DNA of 64,000 nt, from the NCBI GenBank assembly GCA_965261395.1, contig OZ253462.1, positions 3,264,001-3,328,000 of the forward strand, written 5' to 3'. This DNA comes from Candidatus Latescibacterota bacterium. GTDB taxonomy: Bacteria > Latescibacterota > UBA2968 > UBA8231. Shown here piece after piece: positions 19,989-29,748 of this stretch. The position numbers and the translations under genes are program-made. How positions within the stretch are numbered: the first letter of the stretch is position 1; each line of letters opens with the position of its first letter. The notes below the pieces were generated by a model. It had not been told where the DNA came from, made no database searches, and saw only the letters and a list, made by a program, of their open reading frames with translations.

Positions 19989-20555
19989 ATGCCCTTATCC
20001 CAATTCGCCGAGCCAATAGAGTCTATCTGCGGTAGCTTAAAAGCGTATCGGATGGACAACACGATAGCGACGGGAGTGCCCGACATGCGTAGCGCCGCCG
20101 GACTTGGAACATGCGAGTGCTGCGACTACGTAACGGTCAGCAAGGACAACCAAAGCGTCGTTCTTATAGAGGAAACTGACTTAGAGAGAACGATAATTGG
20201 TTTACAAGAAAAATATTATTACCTACAAAAGAACCACCAAGATAAATTGATTTACGAAGAAGTCCTTAGAGAAAACCGTCTTAAACTTTACGGGTCGATG
20301 TTGGTTCTGTGTCGCCTGTCAAATTTACAGGACGATGTGAAAGCTTTTCTACCGGAGAATGAGTTTCAATTCTGGCTCGTAATGACCAGTACGGCTTCGT
20401 CGGACTCTGTGTTTATGGACCACCTGACGGATATGGACAAGTTGAAAGGTTTTATAAAAGGTCCATTTTCCAGAGAAATGATGACTAAGGTCGCTATTTT
20501 TTCGTCAACTTGGCTGGCCCAAAAACTATCGAAAGAAGCTATTCAAATAGACTGA
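19989..20555 (+). CDS. Hypothetical partner of the AAA ATPase (possible nuclease-fold effector)
   Basis: Starts 1 nt after the ATPase stop. CDYV...VVLIEETD resembles a degenerate PD-(D/E)XK core. AT-rich. Confidence 0.65.
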   Translation: MPLSQFAEPIESICGSLKAYRMDNTIATGVPDMRSAAGLGTCECCDYVTVSKDNQSVVLIEETDLERTIIGLQEKYYYLQKNHQDKLIYEEVLRENRLKLYGSMLVLCRLSNLQDDVKAFLPENEFQFWLVMTSTASSDSVFMDHLTDMDKLKGFIKGPFSREMMTKVAIFSSTWLAQKLSKEAIQID

Positions 20556-20572
20556 ACTTTCTCGAACCATAC

Positions 20573-20640
20573 CCCGAACCAACGAAATCGGCTTCAACGT
20601 CCGGCTGTTGGACGTGCTGCGGACCAAGCATCCGCGTTGA
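20573..20640 (+). repeat. Degenerate copy of the 5' end of the RM-like gene (13469-13536), ending in a TGG>TGA stop
   Basis: 59/68 nt identity by manual alignment. Encodes RTNEIGFNVRLLDVLRTKHPR* versus RTSEIAFNVRLLDVLRTKHPRW. Confidence 0.85.
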
Positions 20641-20888
20641 CCGATAGGAGCTTACTGATTTTGCGCTCCTCAACCAAGCGAGAGCCCGTTCATGCCCCCT
20701 GTACGCATTGGTGTTTTGGGCTGTGGTGCCATAGCCCAGATCCAGCACCTACCCAACCTGTTGGCACTCGACGAGGAATTTGTCGTTCCCATCGTCTGCG
20801 ACCTGTCCCCCGATCAGGCGGCCTATGTCGCCAAACGCTTTGCTATCCCCCGTCATGTCAGCACCCTCGACGACTTGCTGAGCGCTGA

Positions 20889-22466
20889 GGGTGCATTAGG
20901 TGATTGTTACGGTTTTGGTGGTTGTTTTTAGGTTGTCTCGGTACTGCTGAAAGACCCGGTCAAGCGTTCCATTGTACAAGGCGCAACGCAGGGCAAGAAT
21001 GGCGTTGCTGTTTTCCTTATACCACCAAGCGCCCGAGCGTTTCAGACGAACATGGCCGATGAAGCGATGCGCCGATTCGATCGCACCCGACCCGATCGGG
21101 TATCCGCCCTTGCGATGGCTGCCGAAATCGACTTGATGCAATCGCTTTTGCAGGTACGTCAAGGCCGTGCCGATCGCCTCTTCGGCCTCTTCCGAGACCG
21201 CCTGCATGCGCTGCAGACCCCAAACCACGCCGGTGCCCTCACCGCAGAACAGGCGCGCCAGAGTCGCTTCCAGCCAATGGCTGGCGCGCGCCGCATCGGT
21301 GCCGTATTGAGCCTCGGCCACCGCGTGCAGGTAGCGGCTACAATGGTAGTAGTCGAGGATCTGACGGGCGCTCGGGAACAGTTCCTCCACCCATTTCCAG
21401 ATCCACGGGGCTCCGTCCCCGATGGCACACAAGCGCACCTGCTCCTCCGGGATCAGCCCCGCCTCCTTGACCTGGCGCAAGGCCGAGCCGAAGGCCTGTT
21501 CGTCGCCCATCTGGTGCCAGGAGATCAGCTGCTCGATGCGCTCATCGTCTACCAGGTAGAAGCGAAAGCCCTTGGCTTCGTGGTATTCACCCTGCCAACG
21601 CCTTCGCCGAGCCCGGCTCTTCTTGCGCCCCGGACGAGTCCCTTTGGCGGTCTCGGGACGACTGGGCACGTCGGCCGCGTCGATGGCCAACACCACGATG
21701 GGCCGCCACTTGCGAGCGGCGGCGGCTTGAGCAATGCGATCCTGGATGTCGGCCGCGTCCGGACACACCTGCAGCACGTCCAACGACCCGGTCTGTTGCA
21801 GCACCTCGTGAATCACACAGTCGCTCATCGACGCGTCGGTCAGCTCGTCCAGCAGCTTCGCGGCGCGCTGGTGGGGCATCTCCAGCGCCAGCTTGACCCC
21901 GGCGTTTTGAACGTCCCACTGCTTGCGGTGCCCCGACAGGCCCAGGGCCTCGTCCAAAGGATAAAAGCCGTGCTCACAGGAAACGCAGTAGAAATAGGGC
22001 CGCTCCAAGGGCACCGGCCCGAGCAGCGTCTCCACCGTGCGCGAGCGCGACGGTCGCGCACGCAGGACGCGCTCACACTTCGGGCAGGCCGCCTCTTCTT
22101 GCGCCAGGAACTGGCCGTGGCGGCGTTCGATGAAGGCTTCCACCACCGCCGCGGTAAGCCCGGAGCGCTCTTGCGACACCGCCTCGGTAATCTCCATCAA
22201 CGTCGGCGGAGTAGATCCGTGCTCGCTCATTTGCGTCTCCACCCGATCCAGCAACTCGTCCAGGGCTTCATGCGCTCTACTTCGAAAGCGCGCCCACTGC
22301 TGCCGCTGCTGAAAGGGCGCCAGAGAGAGAATCGCAGGCATTGCTCCCCTTCTTTCTCAATCGAGGGGAGCGTGCCGCGGGGGAGGCGGCAAAAGAATAG
22401 AACAAGTTACTGTAAAATATACACATACGTACCGAAATCGTGCCATAACAATCGGCTAAGGTGCCC
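20889..22466 (-). mobile_element. ISKra4-family (IS256-related) insertion sequence, about 1578 bp
   Basis: Flanked by an 8-bp direct repeat AGCGCTGA (20881-20888 and 22467-22474). Terminal inverted repeats gggtgcattaggtgattgttacgg and gggcaccttagccgattgttatgg match at 18/24. Confidence 0.92.
20896..22341 (-). CDS. ISKra4-family DDE transposase
   Basis: Motifs CxxC...CxxC, GDGAPWIW, ILDYYH, GYPIGSGAIESA and RLKRSGAWW. The stop codon lies inside the inverted repeat. Confidence 0.9.
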   Translation of the reverse strand: MPAILSLAPFQQRQQWARFRSRAHEALDELLDRVETQMSEHGSTPPTLMEITEAVSQERSGLTAAVVEAFIERRHGQFLAQEEAACPKCERVLRARPSRSRTVETLLGPVPLERPYFYCVSCEHGFYPLDEALGLSGHRKQWDVQNAGVKLALEMPHQRAAKLLDELTDASMSDCVIHEVLQQTGSLDVLQVCPDAADIQDRIAQAAAARKWRPIVVLAIDAADVPSRPETAKGTRPGRKKSRARRRRWQGEYHEAKGFRFYLVDDERIEQLISWHQMGDEQAFGSALRQVKEAGLIPEEQVRLCAIGDGAPWIWKWVEELFPSARQILDYYHCSRYLHAVAEAQYGTDAARASHWLEATLARLFCGEGTGVVWGLQRMQAVSEEAEEAIGTALTYLQKRLHQVDFGSHRKGGYPIGSGAIESAHRFIGHVRLKRSGAWWYKENSNAILALRCALYNGTLDRVFQQYRDNLKTTTKTVTIT

Positions 22467-23361
22467 AGCGCTGATATCGACGCGGTTCTCCTTTGCCATA
22501 CCGATCCCAAAAGCGACGCGGCAATCGCTGCTTTTGCCGCCGGCAAACACGTGCTCATCGAAAAGCCCATCTGCGCTTCCCTGCAGGAAGCCGACACCAT
22601 GATCGCGGCCATGCACAAAGCAGGCACCGTGGGCCAAGCCGCCTACATGAAGGCCTACGACCCGGCCTTTGCTATGGCCAAAAGAGAGGTAGAGGGTTTG
22701 GATTACAGCTTTATCCAGATCAACCACCTGCACCCGAGCAATCATCTCCACCTCGATCACTTCAACGTGCAATACGTTGGTTCACAGCGCCCCGAAATCG
22801 CCGCCCAACGCCAGCGCGCCTATAGGGAAACACTGCGCCAAGCTTTTGGCGACCTTTTCGAGCGAGCTGAGCCCATCTGCGGGATTACCTACGGCCTGAT
22901 CCACGATCTCTACAGCTTGCGCACTATGGTGGGCTTGCCCTGTGCCGTGGTTAGTACTGAAATCTGGAAGAACAACCGAGCGATTACCTCGGTGCTGGAA
23001 TACGCCAATGGCGCGCGCTGCGTCATCAGTCGGGTTGACCTTGAAGAACTGTGGGATTTTCGCGAGACCCTGGAAATCTACGGCGACGATAAGCGCGTGC
23101 TGCTCACCTATCCAACCGGTTTTTCGCGCCGCGTACTCTCCACCCTGACTATCCAGGGCATTGACGAGCACGGCACAAGCTACCGCAAAGAGCCAGCCAT
23201 TCCCTGGGAGAGCGCCTTCACTGCGGAATTGCGTCACTTCCACGCCTGTATCACCGAGGGGGTGGAGTGCCGCACGCCGATCGCGGAAGCGCGCCACGAC
23301 GTGGAGCTCATCATCGATATCACCAAATCCTATATCACCGGCCAATCCGTGGAGAAAAACT

Positions 23362-24843
23362 GTGCACGGCAATAATCTCTACGACCCTGGTTTGCACCTA
23401 TTTCTCGACGACGTGGAAGTACAAGATCATCCCGGCTTTGTGCGCAAGGTGCAGCGGCCTGAGCGCGTGCAGACGGAGCCGGTATTAAAACCCGACCGAC
23501 CCTGGGAGGGGAAAGCCGTGCAATTGTGGGGCTCGGTGCTCTACGACGACGATGAAAACCGCTTCAAGATGTGGTATTATTCGATCAATAGCGACCTGTA
23601 CGAGCGCACCGGCCACGGTCACTTTATGTGTTACGCCACCTCGAAAGACGGCATCGCGTGGGAAAAGCCGGAACTGGGGATCGTGGCCTGCGGAGGATCC
23701 CGCGCCAACAATATCGTCTATCCGCCGCCGGGTGTTCAGTACGGCATGGATCCGTGGGGCGTGGTCAAAGACCCGCAGGAGCAAGATCCGTCCAAACAGT
23801 ATAAGATGGGTATGTACCAACAGCGCCCCACCGCGGACGCTCCGCAGGAAACGCCCGCTATGGACCGCCAAGCGCGCAATGCTCTACGCAAAGTGCTTTT
23901 CGATAAAATCCGCGATCACCACGGCATGTACGCGGCCTTCTCGCCAGACGGCATTCACTGGCGGCTGGGCGACCGCAATTACGTCCCCCGCTCCGGCGAT
24001 GCCGGCGCGCTGGTGTACGATCCCATGCAGCGGCGCTACCTAGCGGTTTCGCGCCGTTATGAAACGCTGATGGACCACTTCGTGCTCGAGTGGAAGCAGT
24101 ACCGCCGCGTCATTGCCCTGTCCAGCAGCGATGATTTCGTCGATTGGACGCCCCTGAGAACCATTATTAAACCGGACGATTTCGACGATCCCCGCGATCA
24201 GCTATACGTGATGACGCCCTTTGTCTATGGCAGCCAGTACATTGGTTTTATCGGCATGCTGCACTCGGCCACGGAGTTGGGCCCGGTCCAACTGGCTACA
24301 GCTCGGCATCTGGACCACTGGCAGCGGGTGGGCCGCCGCGAGGAGTTTTTGCCGGTCGGCTCGCCGGGGACTTGGGACGGGGCCTGGTCCTCTCTGTCGT
24401 CCAACCCTCCCGCTCTTGTGGGAGACACGCTGTACATGTGGTATTCGGGCCGTCCCCAGGCCCACGGCACCGAGGGTAATTTTACCAGCTCGATCGGCCT
24501 AGCGACCCTGCGCAAGGATCGTTTTGTGGCGCTGCGCTGCGGCATCCGGGGCGGCGAATTGATGCCCGAACCCATTGCAGTCAGCGGTCCTAGGCTCGGG
24601 GTCAATGCCACCTGTTTATTCGGGCACCTGCAACTGCGCGTCATCGCGGATGCCTCCGTGCCAGAGGGCTTTGACTTCGACTCGTGCAATGGGTTGGCAC
24701 AGGGCGACGAGACGGATTGCGAGATTACTTGGGGACAGGAGCGGCGCGATCTGACGCCTTTTGTCGGCCGGAATATCCGCTTGCAGTTTCGCGCTGACAA
24801 TGCTACTAGCCTGTACGCCTATCGAACCGGGGATAGGTCATAA
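23362..24843 (+). CDS. Five-bladed beta-propeller glycoside hydrolase-like protein (GH32/43/130-like)
   Basis: GGAG + GTG23362. Motifs PVL.PD.PWE, YATSKDGI.W.KP.LG, S.DGIHW, S.DF..W and IGLATLR.DRF. Confidence 0.7.
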   Translation: MHGNNLYDPGLHLFLDDVEVQDHPGFVRKVQRPERVQTEPVLKPDRPWEGKAVQLWGSVLYDDDENRFKMWYYSINSDLYERTGHGHFMCYATSKDGIAWEKPELGIVACGGSRANNIVYPPPGVQYGMDPWGVVKDPQEQDPSKQYKMGMYQQRPTADAPQETPAMDRQARNALRKVLFDKIRDHHGMYAAFSPDGIHWRLGDRNYVPRSGDAGALVYDPMQRRYLAVSRRYETLMDHFVLEWKQYRRVIALSSSDDFVDWTPLRTIIKPDDFDDPRDQLYVMTPFVYGSQYIGFIGMLHSATELGPVQLATARHLDHWQRVGRREEFLPVGSPGTWDGAWSSLSSNPPALVGDTLYMWYSGRPQAHGTEGNFTSSIGLATLRKDRFVALRCGIRGGELMPEPIAVSGPRLGVNATCLFGHLQLRVIADASVPEGFDFDSCNGLAQGDETDCEITWGQERRDLTPFVGRNIRLQFRADNATSLYAYRTGDRS

Positions 24844-24888
24844 AACCGTGGTACCCACTTCAGTTATTGCCCTTCGAAAGGAAACCCC

Positions 24889-25632
24889 ATGCGCTATCTC
24901 ATCGCCATCCTTTGCCTAGCCTCCGCATCCGCCGCTCCCGCCGAGGATGCCCTGCCACACCACACCATCCTCCGCGCCGCCGGCCCTATCGCCGTGGACG
25001 GCCGCCTCGACGAGCCTTCCTGGGAGGCCGCCCAAGTTATCGATCAGTTCGTCTTCCCTTGGTGGACTGAAGGGGCCAAGGATCGCACTGAAGCCCGCTT
25101 GCTGTGGGACGACGTTCAGCTATACGTCGCCTTTACCGCACACGACCCGCACATTTCAGCCACCCTGACCGGGCGCGACAGCCCGGTGTCGCGCGACGAT
25201 TGCGTCGAGGTATTCATCGCCCCAGACACCAGCCAAGTCACCAGCTATTTCAACTTTGAATTCAACGCCTTGGGCACGATTCTGGACCGCTCACCGCGCG
25301 ACAAGCGTTCGTCCACGTGGAACGGCGAGGGCGTGCAGGTGGCCATCGACATCCAAGGTACGCTCAACCAAGAGACGGATCAGGACACGCTCTGGACCGC
25401 TGAGATCGCCCTTCCCTTTGCCGTCTTCGATCCATACGCTCCCCGCCTACCCCCGACCGCCGGCGATGTGTGGCGCCTCAACCTGTACCGCACGGGCGGC
25501 GCGGTTAATCTGCAATACATCACTTGGTCCAATACCCTGACGCCCAGGCCGAAATTCCACGTGCCTCAGCGCTTTGGGGTGGTTCATTTCGACGGCCGGC
25601 CGGTACTGAGCCTACAAGACGAAGCCGAGTAG
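24889..25632 (+). CDS. Exported CBM9-like sugar-binding protein
   Basis: Signal peptide. Motifs VDGRLDE..W, LLWDD..LYVAF, DDCVEVFI, WTAEIALPF, WRLNLYR and FH.P.RFG. Confidence 0.82.
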   Translation: MRYLIAILCLASASAAPAEDALPHHTILRAAGPIAVDGRLDEPSWEAAQVIDQFVFPWWTEGAKDRTEARLLWDDVQLYVAFTAHDPHISATLTGRDSPVSRDDCVEVFIAPDTSQVTSYFNFEFNALGTILDRSPRDKRSSTWNGEGVQVAIDIQGTLNQETDQDTLWTAEIALPFAVFDPYAPRLPPTAGDVWRLNLYRTGGAVNLQYITWSNTLTPRPKFHVPQRFGVVHFDGRPVLSLQDEAE

Positions 25633-25661
25633 GAAGACGCGGCTAGCCACGCCTTCAGCAA

Positions 25662-27413
25662 ATGGTTGGGCTTCTAGTGATCTATTGCGTCCTACTGCTC
25701 GCGCTGTTTGCGTCCTGCGAATCCGCAAAAGAAGCGCCGCTGGTCCTCTACGAGAGTCCGCATGGGCTGGTGGTGTTGAAGGCAGCGCGGGTCGATTTCG
25801 CGGAAGAAGGCGAAGAGGTGGCTGCGGCGCGGGCGCACTTTGCTGAGGGCGAAGAACATCTCGACGCGGGACGTTGCGGTGCTGCGGCTGCGAGCTATTT
25901 GCAGGCCGTTGCGAGGCGACCGTCGCCGGCGGTCTGGCTCAATGCGGGAGTCGCGCTGCTGTGCGATGGCGAGTATGAAAGGGCCGAAGAGGCGCTGGCC
26001 AAGGGGCTGGAACTTTCTAAGGCTGCGGCGCGAGAAGATGTTCAAGCCGCTTTGCTGGGCAATCTGGGCCAAGCCTATCAGCGCTTGGGGCGTCTCGACT
26101 CAGCGCTGGTCTCCTACCAAGGTGCGATGGCGCTGCACCGGCAGAACGGCTTTGCCGCTGGCGAGGCCCAAGCGCTGGGCGATCTGGGCGCGGCCTATTT
26201 CATGCAGGGCGATCCAGAGCAGGCGCTCGGTTTCTTAAAGCAGGCCCGGGATGGGCACCGGCGGATCGGCGATCGCCTCGGGCTGGCGCGAGACCTCGAC
26301 CGCATCGGCACGGTTTACTTCGTTCGGGACGCGGCGGATTCGGCACTGTCCACCTTCGTGGAGGCACTCGCGCTCTACCGGGATGAGAGGTATCTGCGCG
26401 GGCAAGCCGGCGGCCTGACGAATATCGGCAATATCCACCTAGACGAGGGCAGGCTCGATTCGGCGCACTTTTATTTTTCTGAAGGCCTGGCCGTCCTCGA
26501 GCGTCTAGCCGACGACGCGGCCCGCGCAACCCAGCTAGCGCGGATTGGACAAATCTACCAGCAGCAGGACGATCTAGAGGCGGCGTTGGTTGCCTACCGC
26601 GAGGCGCTTTCTATACATCAGGCGCAAGAGAAGGTGGATAACCAAGCCGAGACGCTCGACCGCATGGCGCGCATTTTTTTTCAGCAGGGTCGCTTGGATT
26701 CGGCGCTGTCTGCCTACCAGTCGGCGCTATCGCTCTACCGACGCTACGATAGCCATCCCGGTAAGCGGGCGCAGGCACTGGACCACATTGGCGATGTGCA
26801 GCTATACCAGGGCCGTCTGGATTCGGCGCTGTCTGCCTTTGAAGCGGCGATGAAGATGTACGTCGCCCACGGCCATCCGCGCGGTCGAGCCGTCCAGTCG
26901 AGCAAGATCGGTCAAGTGCTGCAAAAGCAGGGTCGTCTAGACGAGGCGATAAAAGCCCATCGCGCGGCCTTGGCACTGTACCGAGAATTCGATCTCTACG
27001 CCGAGGGAGCAACCCAGCTCGACTACATCGGCCACCTCTACTTCCGCCAGGGCAAAATCGACGAGGCGCTCGCTTCCTTTGAAAACGCCCTGCACGTCTT
27101 CACGCAGGCGGGCAACCGCCAAGGCGAGGCGGCGCAACTAAGCAATATCGGCAATATCTACTTTGAGCAGGGGCGCTTGGACAAGGCGCTCAAGGCATTT
27201 GGCGACGCCCTGCACGTTTTTCAGTTGATCGGGCACCGGCAGGGAGAGGCGCAGAGCTTGGGCAATATCGGGTTGGTGTACCGCAAGAAGGGCGAGCGGA
27301 CGCGGGCGCTGGAGGCATTGCAACAGGCGCGTGCTGCGTATGTCGAGACCGGAGTGCGGAGCGAGGGACGGCGGATGGTGGAAGAGGCGATTTCGGCAAT
27401 CGAGGGGCGTTAG
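25662..27413 (+). CDS. Tetratricopeptide-repeat lipoprotein
   Basis: Lipobox-like LFASC. About 12 repeats of about 40 aa of the type A..L..IG..Y..QGRLD.AL..F..AL. Confidence 0.88.
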   Translation: MVGLLVIYCVLLLALFASCESAKEAPLVLYESPHGLVVLKAARVDFAEEGEEVAAARAHFAEGEEHLDAGRCGAAAASYLQAVARRPSPAVWLNAGVALLCDGEYERAEEALAKGLELSKAAAREDVQAALLGNLGQAYQRLGRLDSALVSYQGAMALHRQNGFAAGEAQALGDLGAAYFMQGDPEQALGFLKQARDGHRRIGDRLGLARDLDRIGTVYFVRDAADSALSTFVEALALYRDERYLRGQAGGLTNIGNIHLDEGRLDSAHFYFSEGLAVLERLADDAARATQLARIGQIYQQQDDLEAALVAYREALSIHQAQEKVDNQAETLDRMARIFFQQGRLDSALSAYQSALSLYRRYDSHPGKRAQALDHIGDVQLYQGRLDSALSAFEAAMKMYVAHGHPRGRAVQSSKIGQVLQKQGRLDEAIKAHRAALALYREFDLYAEGATQLDYIGHLYFRQGKIDEALASFENALHVFTQAGNRQGEAAQLSNIGNIYFEQGRLDKALKAFGDALHVFQLIGHRQGEAQSLGNIGLVYRKKGERTRALEALQQARAAYVETGVRSEGRRMVEEAISAIEGR

Positions 27414-27416
27414 CGG

Positions 27417-29579
27417 CTAATGGGCAGAGGAGAGGGAGAGGCGGTTGAGGTGGATCGGGATGGGAGCGGCGTCCCCTTCGCGGATGTGGAGAATCTGGTC
27501 CATGGCGAGGTTGTAAAAGCGCTGTTTTTGCCCTGTTGTCGGCCAAGTAACTTCCACAAAAAGAAGCGTATCGGCGCGGCCTAAACCGATCTCCTCTTGC
27601 AGGCTCGACGCGCCGAAGCTGCCGCCCGAGCCGACGGTAGCGTAGATGTCGCGGACGATGTCCTTTTCGCGGATGCGAGCTTGGATGCGGGTGCCGAAGG
27701 CATCTCTGTTGGACTGGACGCCTTGGAGGCGGAGGGTGAGCCAGTGATGGCCGTGGCCGGGATTTTCAAACAGGACATTCTGGTAAAAGTCGCCGTCATA
27801 GGCCCCGCCGAGGACGATGTAGATGTCTTGGTCGCCGTCGTTGTCGAGGTCGGCAAAGGAGATCCCGTGGCCTTTTTGGATGTGGCCGAAGCCGCCGGAG
27901 AAGGTCGCATCCAAAAAGTGCTGGCCGCCAGCGTTGCGCATCATGCGGTTGGGGAGCAATGAGCGCAGGTTGGGGTTGCCAGTGCCGATATAGCAGTCGA
28001 GGAAGCCGTCGTTGTCGAGGTCGCCGAAATTGGCTCCCATGGCCAAGATGATCCCGGCCATCCCGACCTGTGCCGTTATATCGGCAAAGGTGCCGTCGCC
28101 CCGGTTCTGGTAGAAGCGGGGCCTTGCTGCGGCTGAGGGTCGGCCCAGATAAACCGAGGCGATGTCGTCGGGGTCTTCGCTGTGGTAGCCGGCGGCGAAG
28201 AGGTCGAGGTCGCCGTCGTTGTCGTAGTCCCAAAACCAAGTGGGAAACGAGCCTTGCGGGTCGGCGACGCCAGCCGCTGCGGTCGCGTCGGCAAACGGTT
28301 CCCGGGGTCCCTCGTTGCGGTAGAGGACGTTGTCTTGGCCGAGGCGGGAGAGATAGAGGTCGGGATCGCCGTCGTCGTCGTAGTCGCCCCAGGTCACGCC
28401 TTTGACAAAGCCAATGTTGTCGATACCCCGCTCGGGTGCGACATCGGCGAAGGTGCCGTCGCCTTGGTTCTGGTAGAGCTGGCAGGGATGCCGCTCCCAA
28501 GCGTCGGATTCGTTGCCGATGTAGAGGTCGAGGTCGCCGTCGTTGTCGTAGTCGCTCCAAGCAGCCGAGTGGGTGGGGTGAAAGGCGAGCAAGCCGGCCG
28601 CTTCGGTCGCATCGGCGAAGGTGCCGCCGCTATTGCGCAATAGCGAGTTGGGGTGATGCCCCAGGTCAGCGAGCCAAGCTCCGCGCAATACGAGGATGTC
28701 GCGGTTGCCGTCGTTGTCGTAGTCGGCTTGGCAGATGTTGAGGCCGCCGACTTGGCCTGTGAGGCCAGCTTGCTCGGTGCGTTCGGCAAAGGTGCCGTCC
28801 CCGGCGTTGCGGAAGTAGCGAAGCTGGTCGTCCAGACCCCAAGAAGAGGCGACGATGTCGAGATAGCCGTCGTTGTCGAAATCATCGACGATACTGCCGC
28901 CGGACAGGGCGACCACGTCCAAACCCAAGCCCGGTGCCCGGTCCTCAAAGCGCCCGATAGCGCAGGAGTCGGTGAAGCAATCCGGGGGCACGATCCATTC
29001 GGGTGGGACGGCGTGGGGATACTGACCGAGGGTCATATAGGCGATGTTGAGCAACCAGCGGGCGCTCAGGTTATCTGGGTCTGCGCGGAGGGCCGCTGCG
29101 TACTGTTCGAGGGCGGCCTGCGAACCTTCTTGCAGGGTGTGGATTCCCTCGCCTTGGATGGGCAGCAGACAAGAGGCGATGGTGTGGTTGAGGAGGCAGT
29201 TTTCCTGCTCGCCGAGGCGCAGGTAGGCGATGCCCAGCCGGTCGCGGACTCGAGTTCGAAGAGCGGGGGGCAGGTCTTGTGCTTGTAGTATGTCCAGTTC
29301 GGCGATGGCCTCGCGCGTCTGGCCGGCGCGCAGAAGCTGGATGGCCAATTCGAGGCGCAGCGCCTGTTGACGGTCGTGGCTTTGCGCTTTGGCTACCTGC
29401 TCACGCAAATAGGCGGCGCTGGCGGCGTTCATGTTTAGGGTATTGAGATTGGCGGGGACTTGGGCGAGGACTTCGCTGGCGATCTGCCGCAGACGAGCGA
29501 CCATGCGCTCGGAAGCGGATTGCTGGGCTTGGGAGGCCGCTGGGCAGAGCGTGAGGAGGATGGAGACGATCAATAGCAT
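27417..29579 (-). CDS. CRTAC1/ASPIC-UnbV family protein with FG-GAP/VCBS repeats
   Basis: Repeated DYDNDGDLD / NxGDGTF motifs and a C-terminal SNRDAFG...IGLG...V.WP UnbV-like domain. The signal peptide begins at ATG29579, so the ORF-track extension to 29996 is unlikely. Confidence 0.88.
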   Translation of the reverse strand: MLLIVSILLTLCPAASQAQQSASERMVARLRQIASEVLAQVPANLNTLNMNAASAAYLREQVAKAQSHDRQQALRLELAIQLLRAGQTREAIAELDILQAQDLPPALRTRVRDRLGIAYLRLGEQENCLLNHTIASCLLPIQGEGIHTLQEGSQAALEQYAAALRADPDNLSARWLLNIAYMTLGQYPHAVPPEWIVPPDCFTDSCAIGRFEDRAPGLGLDVVALSGGSIVDDFDNDGYLDIVASSWGLDDQLRYFRNAGDGTFAERTEQAGLTGQVGGLNICQADYDNDGNRDILVLRGAWLADLGHHPNSLLRNSGGTFADATEAAGLLAFHPTHSAAWSDYDNDGDLDLYIGNESDAWERHPCQLYQNQGDGTFADVAPERGIDNIGFVKGVTWGDYDDDGDPDLYLSRLGQDNVLYRNEGPREPFADATAAAGVADPQGSFPTWFWDYDNDGDLDLFAAGYHSEDPDDIASVYLGRPSAAARPRFYQNRGDGTFADITAQVGMAGIILAMGANFGDLDNDGFLDCYIGTGNPNLRSLLPNRMMRNAGGQHFLDATFSGGFGHIQKGHGISFADLDNDGDQDIYIVLGGAYDGDFYQNVLFENPGHGHHWLTLRLQGVQSNRDAFGTRIQARIREKDIVRDIYATVGSGGSFGASSLQEEIGLGRADTLLFVEVTWPTTGQKQRFYNLAMDQILHIREGDAAPIPIHLNRLSLSSAH

Positions 29580-29633
29580 AATTTTGGGGATGCCAACGCA
29601 TCGTCTAGGCCGCGACGCTGCGCTAAAAATACA

Positions 29634-29662
29634 TTGACAACATAAGAGCCATTTGTTAGTAA
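29634..29662 (+). promoter_or_regulatory. Possible sigma70 promoter (TTGACA-N17-TAGTAA) in a divergent intergenic region
   Basis: Perfect -35 at 29634-29639. Imperfect -10 with an upstream TG. Confidence 0.4.
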
Positions 29663-29748
29663 AAAGATAATGCGATTCAAAGAGCGCTTCGAATATGGGC
29701 GCGATAATTTTATCGAAGCAACCCCCATTTAGGAAAGGGAGACAAGGC

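Larger units (their letters stand above)
20692..23375 (+). pseudogene. Gfo/Idh/MocA oxidoreductase interrupted by an ISKra4-type element
   Basis: The N-part (RIGVLGCGAIA...DLLSA, 20692-20888) and C-part (DIDAVLLC...GKHVLIEKP, 22475-23375) rejoin in frame when 20889-22474 is removed. Confidence 0.9.

Noticed and set aside
20638-20640. TGA in the RM-like relic as selenocysteine
   Set aside because: It replaces a Trp codon (TGG) of the paralog, similarity ends right after it, and no hairpin is evident.
21052-22602. 516-aa + strand ORF
   Set aside because: It is the antisense shadow of the ISKra4 transposase with no recognisable motifs. The same applies to 36410-37438 opposite IS30.
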